Below, one piece after another: positions 28,123 through 40,100 of a stretch of DNA of 64,000 nucleotides. Origin of the DNA: Candidatus Poribacteria bacterium (GTDB lineage Bacteria; Poribacteria; WGA-4E; WGA-3G); the NCBI GenBank assembly GCA_963663765.2, contig CAXXUA010000013.1, forward strand, positions 576,001 to 640,000, written 5' to 3'. Within the stretch, counting starts at the first letter, position 1; each line of letters starts with the position of its first letter. The notes below the pieces were generated by a model, which was not told the DNA's origin, made no database searches, and worked only from the letters and a program-made list of their open reading frames with translations. The position numbers and the translations under genes are program-made.

Positions 28123-31100
28123 CTATTTCAGTATTAACATTTTCCGCGTTGCTGTAAAATCGTTTGCCTTGAATGTGGTGAAATATACACCTGCTGCGAC
28201 TTTCTCACCGTTTGCGTTTCTGCCATCCCAATATGCAGCACGTTTGCGGTCAGTATAATATCCAGCGGTTTTATGTCCCAAATCCAACTTCCGAATGACG
28301 ACACCACGCATATCGTAGATCGTCAAGGAAACATTGCCTGCTTCAGATAACTGGTAGGGTATCCATGTTTCTGGATTGAAGGGATTAGGATAGTTTGAAA
28401 ATAGAGCCGTTTCCTCTGGAATGGGTGGAATGTCAATCGTAGGAGCCAGAGGTATTGAAAGTGGTAAAACAGACATTGGTTGGTTACTTTCATCTATATC
28501 ATATTCATAACCAGAATGTGCATCATTTCTATCAAAAGTAATGAGAGGAAATGTCACCGTTACTGCATTGTTAGATCCTTCGGAACGTTCTATATCAAGT
28601 ATGTCACTTTCGGTATCTCCAGGATTTAATATATGAGCATCCCAGCCTAAACCGTTATGTGTCTCACTGTCAATAGCATCACCACCCGGGGAGATTACGA
28701 CATTTGGCATTATTAAAAGCGGAGAACCGATAGGACACACAATCTTTACTTGACCTTCTGCGACGTATGATAGACTCACAAGGATCTTTAAGGGACGCAC
28801 TGTATTCCAACTCAAGTTAACCGTATCTATCTTTTTGCCAATACCAAAAAAGCCATCAGGTAGGGAGCTTAATTTGTTATGGTTCAACAATAACTCCGAT
28901 AAACTACTCAATCCTGACAATAGATCACCTTGCACAGAACTAATACTGTTACCAGCCAAATCAAGGGTTTCCAAACTGGATAGACCACTAAATATGCTAT
29001 CTGGCAAAGATGTCAAATCATTGTTTTGTAGATTAAGATAAGTTAGTGCTGATAAGCCATCAAATATATCAGATGGCAAAGAAGTAAGACTGTTATATTC
29101 TAATGACAGTCGTGTTAGATGGGTGAGTCCATCGAAGTCATCAGCATTCAATGAAGAAATCGACGCAGAACTAAGGTCCAATTCTGTTACATTAATGAAG
29201 TGTCCATTTTTCACATCTGATGCGGAAGTAACGCCTTCTATTGCATCTACAATCGCATCACTCACCTTGGTAGTTCGGGAGCTGAGGGCAACATCTGGAA
29301 CAGAATCGTCAAACTCAGTAATGTTAATTGTAACGGCTATGGAGTCAGTTCCCTCATAACCATCAGAAACGGATACTGTGACCGAATAGGAGTTTTTCGT
29401 ATCATAATCCAAAGTTGCACTGGTTATTAACTGTCCAGTCTTGCTATCTATAGAAAATGATGAGGCATCCGTCCCACTGAGACTGTATGTGAGGGGATCT
29501 CCATCGCTATCTGTAGCCTCCACAGGACCCCCAATATTTATACCGGAGTTCACAGCCTCACTGATTGACCGACTCGTGGATTCCTCTTCAGTGAACTCAG
29601 GAGCAATGTTATCTCCAGATTTTATCACTACAAGTCTGCCCACACCCCTAACATATTTATACCCAGTATCATATTGTCCTTCTGTGGGTAAAGATGTAAT
29701 GGAAACAGTAACAGAATTATTATTCGTTGAATCTGCAGGTAAACGTTGTAGTTGGTATTCACGGCTTTCAACAGCACCTCGATGAATCTTCAAATAAATG
29801 CTCTTGTCATTTTCACGAAGTAAGTGATTATTGTTGGAATCAAGGAATATACCATTCGTAATATTAACTCTTACATATAATAGATCTGGGGCTCCGATTG
29901 GAATTACAGCTTTAACTTTAGCAAAATGTCCAGACGCACCATCGACACCCTGTTCCAGACCGATAGTGAAATCAAAAGGGGCTCCAGGGTTATCGGAAAG
30001 AGTAAGAGCAAATAATCCACCATTTCCTTTTAAGAATCCATCCGGTAATGACTCTATTCTGTTATTTTCTAAAAGAAGTTTGCTTAGGAATGGGCAGTTA
30101 TCAAAAAGACCAGTTTCCACAGAACTAATTCTATTATTAAAAAGATTTAAATCAAACAAAGAATCAGTACCTTGAAAAAGTCTTGATGGAAGAGATGTCA
30201 ACCGATTTTCCGAGAAATTGATATCACGAAGATCTGTAAGATTATCAAATATATTTAATGGAAGAGAGGTCAAACGCATGTATCCCATTCGAAGTTCTCT
30301 CAAATTTGTAAGTTGATCAAATAAACCAGGCGGTAATGTGCCAACATAATTTTTCTCAAGCACAAGAAGTGTCAGACCAGTGAGACCATCTAACATACCC
30401 GGTGTGAATGACTCAAACTCATTCCATTCAAGGTCCAGAGACCTCACATTACCAAGTCCTTCAAATATACCTGGTGGCAACGAAGTAAGATTGTTAAGCG
30501 AGAGATCAATAGATCTAAGGGCTGAGAGTCCTTTAAAATCATCGGGATCCAAAGAAGTAATATTATTAGCTCTCATATTTATTGAAGTAATACTATCAAG
30601 ATGTATCTTTAGAACATCTGAAGCAGTAGATGCATCCGGTATAAGTCCAATAAGATACTGTTGTACCTTTTCTGAACGGGCACTGAGGGGTACTGTTGGT
30701 GGTGTTTCATCTAAATCGGTGATTGTAATTGCAACATCAATTGATGCTGAACCCCCGAAGTTATCTGATACAGTAATAGTGACAGAATATGAACTCTTAG
30801 TTTCATAATCTAATACAGCCTTTGTTAGAAGCTGCCCTGTTGCACCATCAATATTGAAGGAAGCTGCATCACTACCACCGAGTGTATATGTCAAAATGTC
30901 GTCATCTGCATCAGTAGCAGAGATTGGATCGCCGATATTTACAAAACTTCTTGTTCTTTCAGCTATAGAAAGGTCTACTATAAGTCCATCGTCAAATACT
31001 GGAGCACTGTTCTCGGTTCTAAATACATCAATAGCCTCGCCTTTGGTGAATGCATATCCGTTATGCTCACTTCTACCATCTCTTGAGTCATTAGGTATGC

Positions 31101-34100
31101 TTGGTAATGTTCCAATACTTGCAATAACATTTTCAGTTGTTCCGGGTGTCCGTGTGATCGTGATAGTCTCACTATCTGTGCTTCCGATGGGTATTGTCAC
31201 ACCTGTCGCGCCACCATCTATGCTGCCATTTGTGACAGATATTGGGACGGTAATATCAAATGGAGCTCCTGTTTGTGCAAATGCTTTAATCTGACCGTTT
31301 TCGCCTGCGACCAATATTATCGGAAGAGGGAGCGGATCAACAGGATTGGCTTCCAAATAGAGTTTCTGTAGATTGGTAAGATTCACAAACATACCTGCAG
31401 GAATTGAACTGAAATTATTAGCATACAAGTTCAGTATTGTCAGATTTGTAAGGTTCTCAAAAAACCCTGCAGGCAATGAGGATAAAGACTGATAAGACAG
31501 ATTAAGCTTTACCAGATTCGTCAGATTATCAAAAACGCCAGGAGGTAATATCGTCAATAGCTGGTTTTGACTACCAAGTCCCGAAAACTCAAGTCTTTCA
31601 AGAGAAGTAAGATCATCAAAGATACCACTTGGAATTGAACTGATTCTGTTAAAATTCAGTTGAAGTTCTGTCACACTTGTAAGTCCATCGAAGTCACCTG
31701 GTTTCAACGCACTAAGTCGTTCATAGTATAAACTCAGTTGACCTGTTATTGCTGCGAGGTGTCCCTCAGTCACATCTTCAGCATTGTCAATACCATCTAC
31801 TAAAGCAACAATAGCATCACGAACAGCGGGTGTGCGGTCAGCGACAGGAGTAATACCTTCATTCACGTCAGTCACATTGATGGCAACAGCAATTGTATCA
31901 CTATTATTGCTCGCACCACTATCGTCAGTGACCTTGACAGTTACAGAATAGAAGTTCTTTGTTTCATAGTCTAACGCAGTTCTTGTTTGCAGCTGTCCAC
32001 TCGTGCTGACAATAGAAAGCGATGAAGCATCTGTGCCTTCAAGGCTATATGTCAATGTATCTCCTTCATCATCATCTGTTGCAGTGATAGGGCTACCGAT
32101 GTTTTCTCCAGATGGTGTATTTTCTGGGATTGAAAGGGTTGTGCTGTCATCAGCAAATATGGGAGGGTTGTTAATAACTTCATCCACATCATTCACATTG
32201 ATGGTAACAGCAATCGTATCACTATCATTACTTGCACCACTATCATCAGTGACCTTGACAGTTACCGAATAGGAAGTCTTTGTCTCATAGTTCAACGTTA
32301 CGCTGGTTTGCAGCTGACCACTTGTGCTGACAATAGAAAACGATGCTGCATCTGTGCCTTCAAGCGTATAGGTCAATGTGTCATCAGTATCATCATCTGT
32401 AGCAGCGACAGGTTCACCGATATTTTGTCCTGATGCGGTATTTTCTGCGACGGATCGCGTTGTGCTTTCACCATCATCAAATACGGGTGGGTTGTTTGTT
32501 ACCTGTTGCGAGACACGGGTAACAAATATCGTTCCTGATATTTCAGCAGTTGCACTATCAGGATCCGTAGCAATCACCTTGATTGAATAAGCGGAACTGG
32601 TATGATCAATAAGAGACTGTGTGATTTTCAGTTGTCCTGAACTGCTATCAATATCAAACAGAGCCGCGTCATCACCACCGAGACTGTAGGATAAAGTATC
32701 CTCATCAGCGTCGGTCGCAGTAACCTTATCACCGATGCTATCGCCTACAGAAGCGTTTGCAATGTCTGATATTCTGTAGGAGAAACTACTTTCTGAAAAT
32801 GAGGGTGCGGTGTTCTCATTGACATCTGTAACGTTGATGGTTACGGCAATTGTGTTGGTCAATGTATCATCAGTTACCTTTACAGTTACCGAATATGAAG
32901 TTGTTGTTTCATAATCTAATGCAGCGTTTGTTTGGAGCTGTCCACTCGTGCTGACAATAGAAAATGATGATGCATCTGTGCCTTCAAGTGTGTATTCTAA
33001 GGTGTCACCTTCGGGGTCTGTCGCGGAAACTGCACTGCCGATATTCTGTCCTGATGCAGTATGTTCAGCTATAGACCGGGTGGTTGGTGAACTTTCTGTG
33101 AATGTGGGTGCTTCGTTGACATCCGTAACATTGATAGTGACAGGGATTGAATCTGTTCCACCATTTCCATCGGAGACCGATACCGTCACGGAATATGTGT
33201 CTTTGGTTTCATGGTCAAGTGCAGCATTTGTTCTGAGCTGTCCATTTGTGCTGTCAATACTAAACGAAGCCGCATCTGTTCCACCGAGTGAGTATTCCAG
33301 TGTATCATCGGTATCGGGGTCGGTTGCTTCCACTTTATCTCCGATGTCAATACCGGTCCCTGTGTTTTCATTTACATTTAGGGTTATGCTTTCAGCCGTG
33401 CCAAACGAAGGGTCGTTGTTCTCATTCACATCATTAACATTGATGGTGACAGGGATTGAATCTGTTCCACCATTTCCATCTGAGACCGATACCGTCACGG
33501 AATATGTGTTTTTGGTTTCATAGTCCAGTGCAGCATTTGTTCTTATCTGTCCAGATGTGCTGTCAATACTGAAAGAGCTTGCATCTGTTCCACCGAGTGA
33601 GTATTCCAGTGTATCATCGGTATCGGGGTCGGTTGCTTCCACTTTATCTCCGATGTCAATACCGGTGCCTGTATTTTCATTTACATTTAGGGTCACGTTT
33701 TCAGCCGTACCAAACGAAGGGTTGCTGTTCTCATCAACATCGGTGACTTTGATGGTGACAGCGATTGAATCTGATCCACCATTTCCATCTGAGACCGATA
33801 CCGTCACGGAATATGTGTTTTTGGTTTCATAGTCGAGCGCAACATTTGTTCGGATTTGTCCAGATGTGCTATTAATACTAAAGGAAGCCGCGTCTGTGCC
33901 ACCAAGGCTGTATTCTAATGTATCATCATCCGCATCTGTAGCAGCGACAGCATCACCAATATCTACACCTGAGAGTGTATTTTCAGCGATGGATCGTTCC
34001 GTGCTTTCACCATCTGTGAAAACAGGCGCGGTGTTCTCATCAACATCGGTGACTTTGATGGTAACAGTGATTGAATCCGTTCCACCATTTCCATCCGAGA

Positions 34101-37100
34101 CAGAAACGGTTACGGAATATGTGCTTTTTGTTTCATAGTCCAGGGCAGCATTTGTTCGGATTTGTCCAGATGTGCTATTAATACTAAAGGAAGCCGCGTC
34201 TGTGCCGCCAAGACTGTAGTCTAATGTGTCATCATCCGCATCTGTAGCAGCGACAGCATCACCAATATCTACACCTGAGAGTGTATTTTCAGCGATGGAT
34301 CGTTCCGTGCTTTCACCATCTGTGAAAACAGGCGCGCTGTTCTCATCAACATCCGTGACTTTGATTGTAACAGTGATTGAATCCGTTCCACCATTGCCAT
34401 CGGAGACGGATACCGTAACAGAATATGCGTTTTTTGTTTCATAGTCCAGCGCAGCTTTTGTTCTGATTTGTCCGTTTGTGCTGCCGATTTCAAATGAAGC
34501 GGCATCTGTTCCACCGAGTGAATATTCCAGTGTGTCATCATCTGCATCTGTAGCGGTTATTGCTGTGCCGATGTTGACACCAGCCCCCGTATTTTCAGCG
34601 ATGGATCGTTCCGCGCTTTCACCATCTGTGAAAACAGGCGCTCGGTTCTCATCAACATCGGTGACTTTGATGGTAACGGTAATGGAATCCGTTCCACCAT
34701 TGCCATCGGAGACGGATACCGTAACAGAATATGCGTTTTTTGTTTCATAGTCCAGTGCAGCTTTTGTTCTGAGTTGTCCATTTGTGCTGCCGAGACTGAA
34801 AGAGCTTCTATCTGTTCCCCCGAGTGAATATTCGAGTGTGTCATCGGTATCGGGATCAGTAGCGGCTACTGCTGCACCGATGTTGACACCTGAACCCGTA
34901 TTTTCCGCAATGGATCGTTCCGCGCTTTCGCCATCTGTGAATACAGGTGCTCGGTTCTCGTCTACATCTGTAACATTGATGGTGACAGTGATTGTATCGG
35001 TGGCATCTCCTGTGTCGGTCGCTATAACTGTAACTGTATATGAATTTTTAGTTTCGTAATCAAGAGCTGCTTTTGTTTTTAATTGTCCAGAAGTGCTAAC
35101 AATGTCGAACGATGCAGCATCCGTGCCACCGAGACTGTAGGTTATGGTGTCCTCAGCGTCAGGATCTGTTGCAGTGATGACGTTACCTAAGTTTGTTCCA
35201 GCAGCAGTATTCTCAGCGACTTGACGTGTAATGGAGTCCCCATCGTTAAATACCGGTGCTTCGTTGACGTTTGTAACATTGATCGTGACCGTGATCTCAT
35301 CTTCCAACGTGCCATCAGAGACAGTAACTATTACCTCATAAGATGTCTTCGTTTCATAGTTTAGTGCCGCGCTGGTTTTCAACTGACCTGTGTCACCATC
35401 AATAGCAAATGAGGAGGCATCAGTGCCACTGAGTAGATAAGCAAGATTTTCACTATCTTCGTCAGTCGCAGCAATCGCAGTGCCGATGTTGGCATCAGCA
35501 GCAGTATTCTCTGCAATTGTCCGTGTAGCCTCGTCACCATCAGTGAACACAGGTGCAATGTTTGAAGGCGTCTCGTCTAAATCCCTGACATTGATTGTCA
35601 CTGCAATGGAATCCGTTAGACTGCCATCTGATACCGTAATGGTTACAGAATAGGATGTTTTTGTTTCATAATCAAGTGCAGCCTTTGTTTTCAATTGTCC
35701 GGTTGTGGATTCAATGTCAAATGATGCACCGTTCGTGCCACCGAGGGTGTAAGTTAATGTCGTGCTGTCAACATCCGTTGCTGACACAGCACTGCCGATG
35801 TTGATGCCAGAACCTGCATTTTCTGCGATTGTGCGGGTTGTGCTGGTGCCAGCAGTAAAAACGGGTGCTTCGTTGACGTTAGTTATGTTGATTGTCACAG
35901 ATATGCTGGAACTGCCGCCTTGATCATCGGAGACAGTGATGGTGACTGAATATGAAGATTTTGTTTCGTAATCCAGTGCTGCACTCGTTCGGAGTTGACC
36001 TGAACTACTATCAATACTAAAGGAAGCGGCATCTGCTCCACTCATCCTATAAGATAAAGTGTCATCATCAGCATCTGTCGCAGATACAACACTACCGATG
36101 TTCACATTAGAGGCAGTATTTTCAGCAATGGTACGTGTTGTGCTACTCCCATTTGTGAAGACGGGTGCGTTGTTGACAGGACTTTCGTCGATATCGTTGA
36201 CATTAATTGTGACCGTGATACTTGCACTCCCACCATTCCCATCTGAAACAGTGATGGTGACTGAATATGAATCTTTCGTTTCATAATCCAGTGCTGCACT
36301 CGTTCGGAGTTGTCCTGAACTACTATCAATACTAAAGGAAGTGGCATCTGTGCCACTCAGACTGTAGGACAACGTATCATCATCAGCATCCGTCGCAGAA
36401 ACAGCAGTGCTAATGTCTACACCAGATTTGGTATTCTCATCTACAGAGCGCGTAGTGGTGCTCCCATCTGTGAATGTGGGTGCTGTGTTCGTCGCTTCAT
36501 CAACATCCGTAACATTGATAGTGACACCAATAGTATCACTTCCTCCCTTTCCATCGGAGACGTTGATGGTGACTGAATAGGAAGATTTTGTTTCATAGTC
36601 AAGTGCTGCGCTTGTTCGCAATTGTCCGTTTGTGCTTCCAATGCTAAATGAGGATGCATCTGTTCCACCCAGACTATAAGTTAAAGTGTCATTGTCCTCA
36701 TCTGTCGCAGAAACAGCACTGCCAATGTCTACACCGGAACCCGTATTCTCTGCGACTGAACGGGATGCAGTCTCACCTTCTGTGAAGACAGGTGCTGTGT
36801 TCGTCGCTTCATCAACATCCGTGATGTTGATAGTGACAGCAATAGTATCACTTCCGCCTTTTCTATCTGAGACAGTGATAGTGACTGAATAGGATGACTT
36901 TGTTTCATAGTCAAGTGCTGTGCTTGTTCGCAATTGACCATTTGTACTTCCAATACTGAATGAAGCGGCATCTGTGCCCCCCAGACTGTAAGTTAAAGTG
37001 TCATTGTCAACATCCGTCGCAGAAACTGCACTGCCAATGTCTACACCGGAACCCGTATTCTCATCTATGGAGCGCGTAGTGGTGCTCCCATCTGTGAAGA

Positions 37101-40100
37101 CAGGTGCTGTGTTCGTCGCTTCATCAACATCCGTAACATTGATAGTGACAGCAATAGTATCACTTCCTCCCTTTCCATCGGAGACGTTGATAGTGACTGA
37201 ATAGGATGACTTTGTTTCATAATCCAATGCTGCACTCGTTCGGAGTTGTCCTGAACTACTATCAATACTAAAGGAAGTGGCATCTGTGCCACTCAGACTG
37301 TAAGATAACGTATCATCATCAGCATCCATCGCAGAAACAGCAGTGCCAATGTCTACACCTGACCCCGTATTCTCATCTACGGAGCGCGTAGTGGTGCTCC
37401 CATCTGTAAAGACAGGTGCTGTGTTCGTCGTTTCATCAACATCCGTGATGTTGATAGTGATGTTGATAGTATCGCTTCCCCCTTTTCCATCGGAGACAGT
37501 GATGGTGACTGAATAGGAAGATTTTGTTTCATAGTCAAGTGCTGCGTTCGTTCGCAATTGTCCATTTGCACTGCCAATACTAAACGATGATGCATCTGAG
37601 CCACTTAGACTATAAGTTAAATTGTCGTTGTCCTCATCCGTCGCAGAAACAGCGCTGCCAATGTCTACACCGGAACCCGTATTCTCTGCGACTGAACGGG
37701 ATGCAGTCTCCCCTTCTGTAAAGATCGGTGCCGTATTCAGTGCTTCTTCAACATCTGAGACATTTATTGTTACGGTTATTGTGTCGCTTCCATCGTTATC
37801 ATCAGAGACGGTAATAATCACTGAATAGGAGGTCCTTGTTTCATAGTCAAGTGCTGTGTTCGTTCGCAATTGACCATTTGTGCTAACAATACTGAATGAA
37901 GTCGCATCAGAACCACCGAGAATGTATGTTAAAGTATCATCGTCAGCATCTGTTGCTGATACAGGATTACCGATGTTAACACCAGACCCTGTATTTTCAG
38001 CAACTGTTCGTGTAGTGGTGCTACCTTCTGTGAAAACAGGAGCGTTATTCGGGGGATCAGTATCCTCCCCATCCGTTGTTTCATCGGTCGTTGGTGTTTC
38101 TACGATGTCGGTAATGTTGATCGTAACATCAATACTGTCCGTAAGGCTGCCATCAGAAACAGTGATCGTCACTGAATAGGAGTCCTTTGTTTCGTAATCA
38201 AGCGCGACCTTTGTCTGTAGTTGCCCCGATGTGCTATTTATGCTAAAGGATGCTGCATCGGTGCCTGAAACCGTATAAGTTAAGGTATCATTGTTAGCAT
38301 CTGTGGCAGTGACAGCGGAACCAATGTCTGATCCTGCATCAGTATTCTCGGCGATAGAACGGGTTGTATTTATCCCTTCGGTGAATACAGGTGGTGTATT
38401 GACTGCGCTGTAGATTTCCAAAGGTAACTCGTTAGATTTTGCCAGGGCATACCCAATATGGTTCGTCGGTAAATTGGGTAATGTGCCAAAGTCTACTGTC
38501 ACCGCAGCATAAATATCGGGTGTGCGGTTCACCATCAAGGGTTGGCTGGCTATACTTCCTCTCGGGATTGTAATAGATGTGGCATTATTATTTAAACTGC
38601 CGTTTGCAACAGTGATCGGCAGCACAATATCAAAAGGTGCACCTGTTGATATGACAACTTTGATTTGGTTTTCTCCAACTTTTAGAATTGTCATATTCAG
38701 GGATAATGGATCAACTGTATTGCCGCTCAAATCCAGTGATGTCAAGGATGATAAACCCTCAAATACACCATCAGGTAGACTTTGTAATTGGTTATTTGAT
38801 AGATTCAGTGTTGATAGTGACAGTAATCCTTCAAAATCATCTGCTTGGAGAGCACTTATTGAAGCACTGCTAAGATCTAAGGCAGTAATGGTAGCAAGGT
38901 CCGTTTCTGATATGTTTCGGCAATCTTCTATACCTTGTAGCGCGGATACTATTGCATCACTAACCTGTATTGTGCGGTTGCAGACAGTAGATTTTGCAAG
39001 GATATATCCGAAATGGTTAGGAGGAATGCTTGGTAAGTTACCGATATTTACATCTGTCGTTGTCGCAACAAAAGATCCACTTGTCACACTTCCTTTCGGT
39101 ATTGTGATATTAGCGACACTTGCCTCATTGATAGGTAACACGATGTCGAATGGCGCGCCTGTAGGAATGATGGCTCTGAACTCATTATCAGACACTTGTT
39201 GCAATGACACCATCAACGGCATTGGTGCAACAAGGTTGCCACCTAAACGAATTGAAGTGAGCGAGGTAAGATCTTCAAAGATACGAGCAGGCAGGTTACG
39301 CAACATATTTCCATATAGGTTTAAACTTGTTAAACTTGTCAATCCAGAAAAATCACCGCTTTTGAGTTCTGAAATACCAGCAGACCGAAGGTTTAGAGAA
39401 GTAATCGTTGCAAGATGCGTATCTGTTACATCTGCTGCTACACTTACATCCGGGATTGCTGCAACGATGGCATCACGCACCTTTGGTGTCCGATCACTGA
39501 CAGCAAGCATCGTTGAAACCGCTGGCGTGTCATCTAAATCAATGACAATTATGATGACAGAAATAGTTGATGTGAGTGTTTCATCGGAAGCATTTACAGA
39601 TACAATATAGATTCGTTTTGTTTCATAGTCTAATGCATTTTTTGTTTTCAGTTGTCCAGTTTCACTATCAATACTAAAAGAATCTGCGTTTAAACCACTA
39701 AGCGTGTATGCTAATGTATCGTTTTCAGTATCAGTCGCAGCAACGGCATTGCCGATATTCACATCAGCTGCACTGTTTTCGGACACTGAACGCAAAGTAA
39801 TATTGCCATCAGCAAAGGTCGGTGCGGTGTTTTCAGGTGTTTCAGGTTGTGTGGGAGTCTCTGGTTCCACTGGTGTTTCAGGTGTTGTGCTGGTGGCACT
39901 GATCACTTCAAGCGGCAATGTATCAGATTTAGAAAGAACATAACCGTAGTGATGACTCGGCAAACTGGATAGCGTTCCGATATTAGCTGTTACTGCTGCA
40001 GTCGTTCCTGCAGCGCGAGTTACCGTGACAGCAGTACTTTCTACTGCACCTTTAGAAATGGTCAGAGATGTCGTATTCCCGCTAATGCTGCCATTGGTAG

